Positions 1-12,670 of a stretch of 64,000 nucleotides of DNA are shown here, one piece after another. Each line of letters opens with the position of its first letter. Position 1 is the stretch's first letter. The stretch spans positions 42,160,001 through 42,224,000 of the forward strand of contig OZ024746.1 in NCBI GenBank assembly GCA_964016885.1, written 5' to 3'. The notes under the pieces are model-generated. The model was not told the origin of the DNA. It saw only the letters and a list, made by a program, of their open reading frames with translations, and ran no database searches. The position numbers were made by a program, and so were the translations under genes. Origin of the DNA: Eledone cirrhosa. Lineage: Eukaryota.

Positions 1-117
1 ATTATACTGCCTTATTTTAAATGGATTAGAAAGCAGTTGATGGTTGTTCATTCATTTAGAAAATATTTGAATTAATCTAATAGTAAATACGTATTCTCCA
101 TGTTTCATTATATATAT

Positions 118-531
118 CAATAACGGAGGAGTTTAAGACCGGATGCCCATGGGAACTCCTGAACACGACCGTGACTTCTGGCGTCACGCAGTAATACAGG
201 GTACCCGACCTCCCATGGGTACATGCTGAAGCATATAAACAATATGCCCCCCCCCCCACCGCAAGGTGGTCGTGGAGGTGCCACGGCAAAAAAGCACCCA
301 GCCCACACTGTAAAGTGGACGTGTAGGCGCCACGAAAAAGCACCCAGCACTCACTGTAAATGAGGTTGGTGTTAGGAAGGGCATCCAGCTGTAGAAATCA
401 AGCCAGATCAGTTCCTGTATGAGCAAGGCATGGTCAGCCGACCAGACACTGCCCACAACAGGACAACCCGTCTAACCCATGCTAGCGTGGAAGAACGGAC
501 GTAAAACGGTGATGATGATGATGATGATGAT
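118..531 (+). mobile_element. RTE LINE subfamily A, 5'-truncated and internally deleted copy with (GAT)n tail
   Basis: 118-161 is the reverse complement of 16068-16111 and 163-531 of about 14801-15171. Ends in ACCCATGCTAGCGTGG...GGACGTAAAACGGT(GAT)n. Confidence 0.92.
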
Positions 532-932
532 ATCCATTCTAATTACATAACTAAATTTTAAGATGTAGTTACCACAATGCAGGTATCTATTTGATAATTA
601 TAAATAACAGCCGACCAAATTAAGTAAAGTACTCCTGGAGATGGAAACAAAAGTGGACAGAAATCCCTGCAGGGAATCAAACTATATATCTTTCATATGC
701 TGGATAAGAGGATTTAACTATTATGGCAAGGGCTTCTAGTTGCTAATTACTGTATTTTCAGAAGATTTGGAGCTTGCAATGCAAACATTTTGCTTACTTA
801 TGAAGCATGAGACATTTGAAATTCGGAAATAGAGTTGTCACAATCCAGATTGCTATAATGATAGTTGCTACCTTCAAATAATATTTGAACTAATTGGATT
901 CCTACTACTGAAGATTTTATGTGAAGCTAGGC

Positions 933-1021
933 TAGAAGTGTAAACATTTGGCTGACTTATGAAGCATTGGGAAAATTTGTTCCCAATGATTCATAAATCA
1001 GCCAAATGTTTACATATCTAA
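933..1021. other. Near-perfect inverted repeat (hairpin) with 35-bp core arms
   Basis: TGTAAACATTTGGCTGACTTATGAAGCATTGGGAA (939-973) versus TTCCCAATGATTCATAAATCAGCCAAATGTTTACA (980-1014): 2 mismatches, 6-nt loop. Confidence 0.85.
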
Positions 1022-3404
1022 CTTCCTGTTTAAATCTTTCAAAAATTAGCATCCAGGAGCTTTTTGGCATAATGGTTAAAAGTGTTCGACTAACATGTGA
1101 GAGATCCATGGTTCAATTCATTGCATGTAACACTGCCACATTTTTGCATCTTCAGGGATACTTTGTTCAATTATCATTACAGTTATCGGCATTGTGACTA
1201 CTATATTTTTAAATTGTACATAACTATTTTCTTTCATATTGTTATGAAAAAATGTGATGGCTATATTAACACTGGGAAAAAAGTATTCTTACTTTTGATT
1301 TTAATTAAATACAATTAACAGATTCTGTAAATTCTATAATAAGCACAATTGTTTTTGCTGTTATCTTCTAGATTATGTTCTTGATTTTTGCATATAAGTT
1401 AGCTTAATAAGGTGGGAAAGTACTCATAGTCTATTCAGACTTTTGGTGATGGAAAGCCAGTGCTCTTTATGTTCAATTTGAATGCTCCTTGATTAGTTAA
1501 CTAAAGAGAAATATAAATTAGAAGGAAGATCCTGAAAGATGGAGTTTTAGGGATGATGGGGCAAAATAAATGTTTCATAAAGATTCTAGGTTGGAGCAAT
1601 ATACAGAATGTAAATTCTTGGAACATAGTAATTATAGAAGAAATAGAAAAGAGACTTTTTTAACAGTGAACCCAAAGAGTATTGTTAAATTAAAAAATTG
1701 ATGAAGTAGGATAAATCTGTGTTATGAGGAGGTGGGTGAGTTCTGGCATTTCAAGCAGACCTTTGAAGAAAGGAAATATAAAAAGAATAGAACTCATCTC
1801 TCTTAATAGCTCACAAACTTATCTTTTAAGCATTTTATTATGGGTTGTTTTTTTGGAGGAAGGCTTCTCAGCACATGTTAACACTAGTTTCCACAGATTT
1901 TAGTTGTTTTTTTCTTTATTTGTGACTGAAGGCTGCTTATCAGACAAGTTACTTTTTCATAGATGTTGTCATGTGTATGTCTGTGTGTTTGTTTGTTTAT
2001 ATATAGGCATGTGTGGGTGAGGAGTATTTTATCTCAAATATGTCAACACTACTCTAGTGTAAGATATGCATTTGTGTTTTGCATGTAATTAACGACTTTT
2101 CAGTGTTTTCCAGTTGAGATAGGAGTTTATTTTAAGTTACTCAACTATGAAATTCTTCTTCTGATAGATTCTTAAGGATAAGAAGATATCAATTTCAAAT
2201 CTCTGACAATTGTCTGATATGTGTAAATACTGTATGCAAAAAAAGATTAAATCAAGTTAAAATAGGTGAAAGGTCTTGAGAAATGTTTAATTTATATGAC
2301 ACATTTAACAGATGTTTCTGCAATTGGTGTGGCCTTCTTAATTGTTTTGAAAATTTCATGTAAGGTTTTTAAATAATATGCTGAGTCATATTATAGTTAT
2401 CTTTTCAATACTTGAAGAAATTCACTCAATTTCTCTATTGTTGTGTACAATAAACATTTTGAAAAGTCATTCTTCTACAAAGGTGGTGCTGAAGCATGGC
2501 TACCATATAAAAACAGCTAAAAACAGTAAAAAGATAAAAATAAAAGAGTATCCATACATTCATAAAATTGCTGACATTTTAAATAGATTTTAGTAGAAAG
2601 GAAAGCAGTTTCTAAATAATTTAAATGCAGAATGTAAACAAATGTCGAGGAATTTCAAATTATTATGCAGATATAGAAAACAATATCTTTTGTATATTTA
2701 TTCATGGTTTTATTTAATACCAACTGATATGTTTAAGCTTTTGAGTTTGTGTGTTACTATAGTGATAATAATATTTGCCATCATATAAAGAATGTCAAAG
2801 TTGAAATATTCTTATTATCTCTAGGGAATGATGGCATTAAAATGTACTTATATTTTAGAAAAGTATTAACATTTAAAAAGGAAAATTAGTCAAAGCACAT
2901 CAGATGAATATAGTAAACTCAAATTATTTATGTTTTTATTCACATACAATTTATGATACTTTTTTTAGTCATGCGACGAAAGCAGAAAAAGAGAAAGGAA
3001 AAAGCTATATTGTCCTTGTATATAATTTAACAAATTAATGGTTTTCAGAGGAAACATTCCCTGTGGAACAAACTATTGATATTAGTTGGCAGGCATATTT
3101 TTGTAATTTCTAGATATAATTGATAAACAGAAATATTCTGGGAACTAATACCTGCAGAGAACAAATTGGTATATATCTTTACCAATAATGAAATGAAATG
3201 AAATGAGGATAGCAGGAGTAAGTAGCATTAATTTGCACTGTTTATTTCAATTTTTAAGATGCCTATCATGTAAACCTAGAACACATAATATGTTGATTTT
3301 TCTTGAAAAAACTCTACTTTAAATTTGCAGTATATTTTACTTCATATCAATCACAAGACTGGCTTTTCTTGAAAATATATGGCTCTTGTTATGATCATTA
3401 TTTT

Positions 3405-3610
3405 TGGCAGAATCGGTAGAGCGTCAGACAACATACTTAGTGACATAGAGTTACAACCCTTTACGTTCTGAGTACAAATGCTGTTGAGGTTAGCTTTACC
3501 TTTCATCCTTATGAGATAAAATAAAGTACCAGTAATGCACTGGAGTTGATTTAATCGACTTTCACCTTCTCTTCAAATTGCTGGCCTTGTGCCTAAAGTA
3601 GAAACAATCA
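3405..3610 (+). mobile_element. tRNA-derived SINE with Meta-like central domain, older copy
   Basis: A/B-box-like head, CCTTTCATCCTT...GATAAAATAAAGTACCAG core, GCTGGCCTTGTGCCTAAAGTAGAAAC end. Homologous to 53480-53665. Confidence 0.8.
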
Positions 3611-4047
3611 TTTATTAAATTAAATCTCATAACTATGTTCATTTCTAAATTGCAAAATTGATTATTTATTATCTTCTGATATGCACTACTATTATATCTA
3701 ATATAATTCTGTTAGTAAGCTTTGTATTGTTTCTTTAAGAAGACGAGTAGAAATTTAAGAGATCTGAAAAGTGTGAACAGTGTAATATGCTCATCCAGGA
3801 TTTTGAAAGGTCCTTTAGTAATTTTGAAAATGCAGATTTCTATTCAATATAAATGAAAGAATGCCATATCTCCTGAATGCAACCTGTATTTGGATGACAG
3901 AAGGTGTATATTAACTTGATGATTAAATGGTTGTGTTGGAAATTTTGAGACGATGAAGAATAGTAGTTGGATTATAACTAAAACACTTAGCTCAATATCA
4001 GTACAAACAACACAGAAAACTACATTGAAGCAAAAATATGATTCAAC

Positions 4048-4049
<2 letters not shown>

Positions 4050-4078
<29 letters not shown>

Positions 4079-4148
4079 CTTCTTCTTCTCCTCCTCCTCC
4101 TCCTTCTCCTCCTCCTCCTTCTCCTCCTCCTTCTTCTTCTTCTTCTTT
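4050..4148. repeat. (CTT)n/(CTC)n microsatellite
   Basis: Read directly from the sequence. Confidence 0.95.
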
Positions 4149-4149
4149 T

Positions 4150-4302
4150 AAATCCTATCGAGGTTAGCTTTTCCTTTCATCTTTACGAGGTTGATAAAAT
4201 AAAGCACCAATAATGCACTGGGGTCGATTTAATCGACTTGCCCCTTCCCCCAACATTGCTGGCCTTGTGCCTAAAGTACAAACCATTATTATTATTATTA
4301 TT
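4150..4302 (+). mobile_element. Meta-type SINE, 5'-truncated, (ATT)n tail
   Basis: Same core and 3' end as 3405-3610. Confidence 0.8.
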
Positions 4303-4359
4303 GTGAATTTAATATCTCAGTCATTGATGCTATTTAACCGGAAGATTTGCCCAAATGAA

Positions 4360-4740
4360 CATCAAACCACTACCTGCAACCTCAGATATTCAGCATTTAT
4401 CAAAGGGTCCTTGCTGTTCCCAGTAGACATGCCTTTTGAAGTGTTCCAAAAGAGGGGGCTGGACTAATGGTAGCTGGCTGTATCAGCCTTTTCACCAATA
4501 ACATCCCTGTTAAATCTCCATCCTCTCTTCTGTCTGCTATCTCTCTGCATATTGCTCTCTGCTCTAGAGAGGGCATCTTTGTATTTAATCACCCATTACA
4601 TCTATCTTGCTCTTTTTCATCATCACCACCATCATCATCATCATCCTTATCATCATCATCATCATCTTCATCTTCATCATCATTACCATCATCATCTTCA
4701 TCACCATATTCATAATCATCATCATCATCATCATCATCAT
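4360..4740 (+). mobile_element. Degraded LINE 3' end (CR1/L2-like) running into (CAT)n; second copy at 31800-32115
   Basis: 4467-4620 is highly similar to 31812-31965. The upstream part translates to SAFIKGSLLF...FQKRGLD, resembling a LINE C-terminus. Confidence 0.5.
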
Positions 4741-5201
4741 TTGACATCCATTTTTCCTGCTAGCAAGGGTGGAGTAGATTCACAAACTAGTTTTGATATA
4801 AACTGAATTAGGAAAATCAAGATATTGATAAAGAAATTAAAATGAAAACATGGAAGAATCACTATGACAAATTGTTAAATGCTGTGTACTCACTTGTTGG
4901 AACTGTATGAATAATCTACTTGTTGAATCTTATATTTGTGTCAACCCAATTTGATTGTGTATGATGTGAAAATTAAGGTGCATTGCTTTGAGTCAGTTCA
5001 TCATAATTCTCATTAAACCAATGTTAAAACAAGTATTCTGAGGGTGGCATTAGTTGAGTGCTCTTGAGATAGTATTTGAAATTGTTGGTTTACTTGGATA
5101 GCTGGTTTTCAGTCTAAAATCATTTCTCTCTCTCTCTGTATATATATAATAATGAAATTATTGTGTACAGTGCTCAGTAATTTCATTATTATACACACAC
5201 A

Positions 5202-5254
<53 letters not shown>

Positions 5255-5659
5255 CATCATCATCATCATCATCGTTTAACGTCCATCTTCCACGCTTGCA
5301 TGGGTTTGGACGGGAGTTTTCCCACTTGAGGCAAGATTTGTTGTCCTGCTCGTATAGGACTGTCTGGCGGGTTTTCTATGGCTGGATGCCCTTCCTAACA
5401 CCAACCACGTTTACAGTGTGGACTAGGAGGTTTTTACTGTGTTACCTACACGGCCACATTACAGCGTGGACTGTGTCTTTTTTTTGTCGTGACACCTATA
5501 CAACCTCATTTGTTTCGAACTGGATGTTGTGGTACCAACATAACTTCACATTTAAGGGGGTAGTGGGACGGGGGTGTATTTTGTTAGAGGTGCCTACTGA
5601 CTGTAGGTTTCGCTTTGTACTTAGGCAAGGCGGGTCTTCTGTATTACTGTGTAGTGCCA
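5255..5659 (-). mobile_element. RTE LINE subfamily B, 3' end
   Basis: Near-identical to 23830-24262. (CAT)n on the + strand is the tail. (TA)n on both sides. Confidence 0.9.
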
Positions 5660-5680
5660 TATATATATATATATATATAT

Positions 5681-6026
5681 GGAGGCACATGGCTTAGTGG
5701 TTAGAGCATTGGCCTTGCAATCGAAAGGTTGTGAGTTCAATTCTCAGACTGGGTGATGTGTTGTTTCCTTGAGCAAGAGACTTTATTTCACATTGCTCCA
5801 GTTTACTCAGCTGTAGAAATGAGATGATAGGGACGAGGGTCCATATCATTCCACTGCAAAGTGGTCGTGGAGGTGCCACGGCAAAAAAGCACCCAGCACT
5901 CACTGTAAATGAGGTTGGTGTTAGGAAGGGCATCCAGCTGTAGAAATCAAGCCAGAATCAGTTCCCGTCCCACCCTTGCAAGCAAGGAAAAAGCGGACGT
6001 AAAATGAAATGATGATGAATGATGAT
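5681..6026 (+). mobile_element. tRNA-derived SINE with RTE-derived 3' part (chimeric SINE)
   Basis: TGGCTTAGTGGTTAGAGC (A box) and GAGTTCAATTCTC (B box). The 3' part matches LINE 3' ends. Near-identical to 52121-52477. Confidence 0.9.
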
Positions 6027-6080
6027 ATATATCATTTGTACTGCCTCTCTGTTTTTGTTCTCTGTTCATTTATTTAACTA

Positions 6081-6342
6081 TCATCATCATCATCATCATC
6101 ATCAACGTTTAACGTCCGTGTTCCATGCTTGCATGGGTTTGGACGGGGGTAGTCCCACTTGAGGCAAGAGTGATTGTCTTGCTCGCATAGGACTGTCTGG
6201 CAGGTTTTCTACAGTTGGATGCCCTTCCTAACACCAACCACATTTACAGTGTGGGTCTGGGAGGTTTTTACCGTGTTGCCTACACGGCCACATTACAGCG
6301 TGGACTGTGTGTTTTTTTGTCGTGACACCTACACGATCTCAT
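6081..6342 (-). mobile_element. RTE LINE subfamily B variant, 3' UTR fragment
   Basis: Homologous to 8681-8940 and 31004-31296. Confidence 0.88.
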
Positions 6343-8409
6343 ATATATATATAAAGAGAGAGAGAGAGAAATACTATGCAAATAGGTATGAGACTACATA
6401 TATGAAACTGCCTCTAAATGGTCATGTGGGATATCAATAACCCAATCTTCTGTTAAAACTACCAACATTAAGTGTTATACTAAAAGCCATGCTTTAAATT
6501 CAAATGCAAAAATATAATTCTTCAAAGTTGTGAAATAATGTTAACCATTGAGGATGTTGGCATCATCTGTCACCAGGCTGGATAGTCTAATGCTTCTTCC
6601 GATTCATCAAAATGTGACTTTAAGAACTTGTTTTGATTTAAAACAAAATTATATATTTTGTATTCCTCTTATTTGTTGTCAGAGGACATATCAACAAAGT
6701 TTGGGTTTTCAGTCTGCTACTCCATGAACATTATCACATTGATCTGTTTTTAATACATTGTCATGAAGAAAGCTCTAATTAGTGTTAACTCTTTAAATAC
6801 CCTAAACATACTGATGTCTTTTACACCCCACACATATGTGTCAAATTCATAATGGTACATTTTACTTTAGTTTGTGAAGCATAAATCCAGATAAAGCAAA
6901 TAAAGCACATGAAAAATGCAAACATTAATGTGTAATCTTGACCTGAGGGAATAAAATACCTGGCACATCATAGATTACTTCATTATGGTTGATGAGGAGG
7001 GGCTTGTCAGATAAAGAAGGTTATATGGCTTGTTTGAAAACTGACCAAAGAATGAGCTCTGTTTCAAGATGTATAGCACCAGCCTTTGAAAAGAACACTA
7101 CAGATATAAAATAAAACATGAATCTTGCACTAGTAGAAGTCAGAAGCATGGAGAAATAAGATATAATTTAATCTCAGTGGCATTTTGTATTTCTACAAAG
7201 AGAACAATGGAAGAAAAATTAGTAGTATTAGTCTAAGCTTGAAGTTATGGCGAAGCTTATAAAATTCCTTGTTATGGGAAAATAGCAGTGATGGATGGGG
7301 AATTCTTGAATGAGTATAAGTATTTCAAGCTGAATTTCATGGAGAATTATCTAATTTCTCCATCTTAACTGTTAATGTCTTTCTGTTACAGATTATGTTT
7401 TATGCAGTTTGAATTTAAGGAGAATAATTGTGAATGACAGAAAAACACAGCCAGAGTGAAAACAGTTGTTCGAGGTAAAACCAATTATAAATATTCAAAT
7501 CCATATATGGAAACTAAATCATTGATGGATTTGTAAGAAGCAAGTAACATTTTTTGAAGAATTGTAAATTGAAATGATTCTATATAGTATAGTACACTGT
7601 CAACAAGGTTATAAAAGGTTATTGCTAATGGACTGTAACTAGAAATAAAGTTAATCCAAGAAAAAAAAAATAGAGTGAAAAATAGAAACGAATTAATTTG
7701 AGTGAATTAGTATTCATGCAGCAAATACTTAAAATTGAGGACAATATGAAAATCAAGAAACATTTTAAACATGTAAATATGAGAAAATGGATGTAAAAAT
7801 TCTAAAGGCCTCAGATAATTAGCAATACATTACACATAATTATCAATCTTGTATTTCTCTACTTCACTGCTTAAACTGATTTGAATGTGAACTTTCATTG
7901 TAAAGAATTTTCTTAAATAAGGAAAGTAAATTTGATACCTTTTACTGACGTTAATTTCTTTCAGCTTTGCTATTTGATTATTCAAGCCAGCAAGGTCTCA
8001 TCCATCATTCCTTGAGCCGATGTCAGGTTGTTAGCAGGTATTTTAAGGTGGGTTAAGGGCTAACTGGCAAATAACATTTTTTACATTAGTGTTTTGTCAA
8101 TCAATCTAAATGAGTATAAATCTTGACTCATGAAAGAAAGAAAAAAAAGGAAAGAATTCAAAATTAGACTGGAAAATGCTTAACCCTTTTTCTCAATTTG
8201 TATGGATTTGCATTGGATGCAGATATTCTTTCAAATTTCTAAACTAGAATTTATAGATTCAATAACTGATGCATTTTCAAAGCTGTTTAATTACAAATAT
8301 AGAAGCTTTTCTAAGTAGGAATCTAGTTTCAAAGTGGATGTCAAATCAATTAAATTCCCTCATATGTTGATTCAAAGTAAGTACTTTAGCAGAAACCAAT
8401 ACAGTAATC

Positions 8410-8632
8410 CAATATGTGTATGTTTGTGTATACCATGCATGCCTGTAAATATATATACACATTCACACACACACACACACACACACATATAGATATATAT
8501 GTGTGTGTTTGTGTGTATGTATGCATGTATATATATATATGTATATATAAATATGTGTGTATAGATATATATGTGTATGCATGTATAAGTATGTATATAT
8601 ATGTATATGTGTATGTATATAAATATATACAT

Positions 8633-8680
<48 letters not shown>
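8410..8680. repeat. Compound (CA)n/(TA)n/(TG)n microsatellite
   Basis: Read directly from the sequence. Confidence 0.95.
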
Positions 8681-8682
<2 letters not shown>

Positions 8683-9515
8683 TCATCATCATCATCATCA
8701 TCGTTTAACGTCCATCTTCCACGCTTGCATGGGTTTGGACGGGAGTTTTCCCACTTGAGGCAAGAGTGGTTGTCCTGCTCATATAGGACTGTCTGGCGGG
8801 TTTTCTACGGCTGGATGCCCTTCCTAACACCAACCACATTTACACTGTGGAACTGGGAGGTTTTACCGTGTTACCTACATGGCCACATTACAGCGTGGAC
8901 TGTGTGTTTTTTTGTCATGACACCTACACGACCTCATTTGTTTCGGACTGGATGTTGTGGTACCAACATAACTTTACATTGAAAGGGGTGGTGTGGATGG
9001 GGTGGGGGTAGTGGGACGGGGTGTATTTTGTTAGAGGTGCCTACTGACTGTAGTAGGTTTCACTTTGTATTTATGTAAGGCGGGTCTTCTCTATTACTGT
9101 GTAGCGCCAAAGATCTCGGTCCAGTGACATTGTCTTGGAGAGGTGTAAGTGTGTGAGGTCAGAATTTATCAAGTCGTCCCAGGTTTTTCTGGGTCTGCCT
9201 ACTCCATGGCTACCGTCTATTTTTATTGCCCTGCACTTTTTTATACAGCTGTCGTCTTTCATGCGCATCACGTGACCATACCAACGTAGTCTTCTCTCGA
9301 GTAAACAACATCTGATCCCTCTTATTTCTAATTTCTCCCTTAGTTCGTTTATGCTTTGCCGTTCGCGTATATTACTATTACACATCCAGCGCAGCATGCA
9401 AGCTTCGTTCCTCTCCAGTCTGCGTATATCCTCTGCACACAATGCCCAGGTCTCACTGCCATGTAACATTGCTGTTCGTATGCAGGCATCATACAGCCTG
9501 CCTTTCATTTTTAGA
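8681..9515 (-). mobile_element. RTE LINE subfamily B, 5'-truncated (C-terminal RT region plus 3' UTR)
   Basis: ORF 9071-9526: KGRLYDACIRTAMLHGSETW...RRLRWYGHVMRM...GRPRKTW, the typical RTE C-terminus. Confidence 0.93.
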
Positions 9516-9534
9516 TATATATACATGTGGTTAG

Positions 9535-9752
9535 AATATCTCAGGAAAGAATAGCTGGACAGATTTTATGAGCAAGCCCAACCGACAGAAGACAAAGAAG
9601 TAGACCAATCCTATGCAAGATGGTTGGATAACATCCATGAGCTTGGCTGGTCTCACTTGTGGATCCAGCCAGATCAGTTGGAGAAGGTTGCTTCTGGCAG
9701 GAGAGTTTGAGGATTCTGCTCCAACAACCCATGAACCACGAAGAAGAAGATG
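9535..9752 (+). mobile_element. Expander/Rex3-like RTE 3' end with (GAA)n tail
   Basis: Translates to RWLDNIHELGWSHLWIQPDQLEKVAS. Related to 17468-17530 on the minus strand. Confidence 0.6.
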
Positions 9753-9999
9753 ATGGTGGTGTGGTGGGGTCTTTGTTGTAGTTGTTGTTGGTGGTGGTGG
9801 TGGTGGCAGCATGGCGGCAGCAGTGGTGGTGGGGGGTGATGAGGATGATGATTACTAACAAGCTATGGTGGTTCCTTAAGCTGTTCTACAATATTCCAAC
9901 AGATAGAAAATCAAACACTCTGCAATCCTTTCTCTCATTCTCTGGTTCTCTATACAAAATATGTTTATTTACTACCTTTCTCCTTTCCATCCCATTCAT

Positions 10000-10170
10000 T
10001 AGTTAAGTACATCTCAGACAGAGCAGCAACAATCTCAATGCTATATTTTAATTGTCCCTTGTCAACTATAGTAGCTCTTGTTTTTTGTCTTCTATATCCT
10101 TCTGTACCCAATAGTATTCTAATGTTCCAGCAACACAAATTCATGTGTTTAGAATTCATGCTTTTATTTG
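10000..10170 (-). mobile_element. BovB-like RTE, start of the AP endonuclease, degraded
   Basis: MNLCCWNIRILL...RATIVDKGQLKYSIEIVAALSE matches the WNVRTL...IDIAALSET pattern. Confidence 0.65.
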
Positions 10171-10429
10171 TATTTGGCCTGCAAGTAAACAGCTGCCAAC
10201 CAGAGTAAACTGAGCAGCAATTATTGTATAACAAGTAATTTGGGAATAACTTTTCTAAACCCTGCTAACATTTGTTGGTAAGCAGAGCTCTCCCCAAGGG
10301 GTTGTTTATTTATAGAAGGTTCTACCAAACCTTACTGTCAACAAAGGAATGACATTGGGGGAAAATATCCTCTTACCTATATACATACTTATGCATGCAT
10401 ACACAAATATATGAATACATACATTTGGA

Positions 10430-10870
10430 GATCACCTTCTGTCGAGTTAAGTAACACCATGTTGTCTGCAAATTCCAGCCAACTGATATTACACCCGCCA
10501 GTCATGATACCACTTCCAACCTAGCTGCACATGTCAATCCTGTTCATGAAAATAATGAACAGGAGAAGTAGCAAAGTCCACCAACACCCACATTGAATTG
10601 TTTTGATTTATCTGAACCCAAATACTCGAGCATTTGTATAGAGAGATCAGGGCATCAAGAAGTTGACTATCAATCCCACACTCCTGCACAAACTTCCAAA
10701 GCAGGTCCCAAGGAATGTGGTGATACACCTTTTAGAGGTCCACAAAATGAGAATATACCTCTTGGCAATATGCCCATGATTTCTTGAATACCTGCAGCAG
10801 TGTGAATATTTGGTTTATTACAAATTTCCAGTTGGTTGATTTAATAACAGGATGGTTGTTTATTTGTTGT
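10430..10870 (-). mobile_element. Expander-like RTE RT fragment, degraded
   Basis: YHHIPWDLLWKFVQECGIDSQLLDALISLY resembles the RTE motif YDRVP..LW..L.EYG....L.AI.SLY. Confidence 0.6.
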
Positions 10871-11094
10871 CAAAGCCCTTTCATCACATATTCTGTTATT
10901 TTGTGTCTCTCCTTTGTTTTATCCTACACCATCTTGTTTTTATGAATTATGAATTTTGGAAGCTGATGACATAGAGCCATCTGGCAAATTCCAGCAGAAG
11001 CAGAGGAGGGTAACTTTTGACAATTATCTTTCTGATTCAAGACAGGCTCCCTTAGTCTGCTCTCTGCTGGAATGGAACTCAATATAGGCGAAAA

Positions 11095-11260
11095 CATATA
11101 GTTTTGGTACCTATGTGCATGGGCACATAGGTACCAACTTTGTTTGTATATGCAGCTGTCGGCCGGCTCAGCCTGAAAATAGCTGTATACATATAAGTAT
11201 GTGTATTTTGTATATTTAACAATATATAGAATGTTTACGAATAAACATTTGAAAGCATTT
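11095..11260. repeat. Palindrome-containing repeat related to the MITE at 30484-30800
   Basis: Perfect 15-bp arms TTGGTACCTATGTGC/GCACATAGGTACCAA (11104-11137). 11179-11255 is homologous to the reverse complement of 30720-30795. Confidence 0.6.
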
Positions 11261-11617
11261 GGCACTCTATGATCTTATGTGAATTAGTTATTCAGTGTTA
11301 AGGGTGTGTATTAACACCAACATCTCTTTATTATTGGTGTGATATGCAGAGTATTCTTAATAAGAATGAGGAATCGTAGTTTCAGTTTATCATATTTTAT
11401 TCATAATTAGAGCCTTAATTAATCCCAGAGTCAAAGCTGACTGAAATCAATTATGGTTCTGAGCTGGTTATTTGTGAAACACATGTTAAGTGTGATTACA
11501 AATAGAATGTGATACTTCAATCTTTCATTTTTGATATATATATATATCAATAAACGTAATGAAGGAGTAACCAGTCGTCCTTGTTATTTTATTTCACTAT
11601 ATATATATATATATATA

Positions 11618-12000
11618 TCATAATCATCATCATCATCACCATCACCGTTTTACTTCCATTATTCCACACTACCATGGGTTAGACAGGTTGTCCTGTTGTG
11701 GGCAATGTCAGGTCAGGTGACCTTGTTTTGCTTATACGGGAACTGATTTTGGCTTGATTTCTATAGCTGGATGCCCTTCCTAATACTAACCTCATTTACA
11801 GTGAGTGCTGGGTGCTTTTTTACTGTGGCGCCTACACAACCACTTTACAGTGTGGGCTAGGTGCTTTTTTGTTGTGACACCTCTAAGACCACTTTGCAGT
11901 GGAGGGAGGTGGGGCATATTGTCTATATGCTTCAGCTTCAGCTTGTACCCATGGGAAGTCAAGTCGGGTCTTCTGTATTACTGCATGATGCTAGAGGTCA
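11618..12000 (-). mobile_element. RTE LINE subfamily A variant, 3' end
   Basis: Diverged homolog of 14801-15165. (TA)n on both sides. Confidence 0.85.
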
Positions 12001-12564
12001 ATATATATATATATATACTTTCATGAATTCAAACATAACTCTCTTTTCTTCCCTCACACCATTGCAGAGCAAGGGCATCTTTCAATTATGAACACAGCAT
12101 CAAATCTCTCTAGTGTTGGTAATCTACATGATAAATGCAGCAAGAACATGCTGTAAAGTCGTTGATGATAGGAAAGGAATTCAGCCATAGAAAGCTTGCC
12201 AAACAAAGAGTTGAGAGGCCCTTCAGTTGTGTCAAAACAAGCCAATCTCTCTAGTGCTGGTGCCACAAGAAAATGCACTTGGTAGTATAGGACCATGTGT
12301 AAGTTGAATGTGGGTTGCCAGCCTGTGTGGGAGATCAGTAGAACTGCTTAGTCACTCTCATGGTCAATGAAGATACACCCAACCCTTGCTAGCAGGTAAA
12401 GTGGACATTAAATGGTGATGATGATGATACGTGTGTGACTGTTTAATGTGTGTATGTTTGTGAGAGTGTGTGGGTCTGCATGTGTGATTGTTTGTGGGTC
12501 TGCGTGTATGACTGTGTGTGTGAGAGCGAGAGAGAGTATTTATGTATGCATGTGTGGCATGCTT

Positions 12565-12670
12565 CCTGACAGTTTTCGTCTACCAAATTCACTCTTTTTA
12601 ACCTTTCTTAGCCAAGTCAATAATGGAAGACACTTGCTGAATATGCCATGCAGTGGGATAGAACCCAATA
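12565..12670 (-). mobile_element. SINE fragment of a third family; related copies at about 33890-34020 (-), 35235-35330 (-) and 61200-61345 (+)
   Basis: Shared tRNA-like head and a ...GTGAATTTGGTAGACGAAAACTG-type 3' end next to (TG)n or (TA)n. Confidence 0.55.

Noticed and set aside
3953-4806. Poly-Leu, poly-Ser and poly-His ORFs
   Set aside because: They are translations of (CTT)n and (CAT)n microsatellites.
5681-5755. tRNA-like sequences with A and B boxes
   Set aside because: They are SINE heads continuing into repeat bodies, with no proper cloverleaf.
8372-8758. YI/HT/CV-repeat ORFs, also at 33036-33384, 35234-35553 and 40666-40897
   Set aside because: Dinucleotide repeats that happen to lack stop codons.
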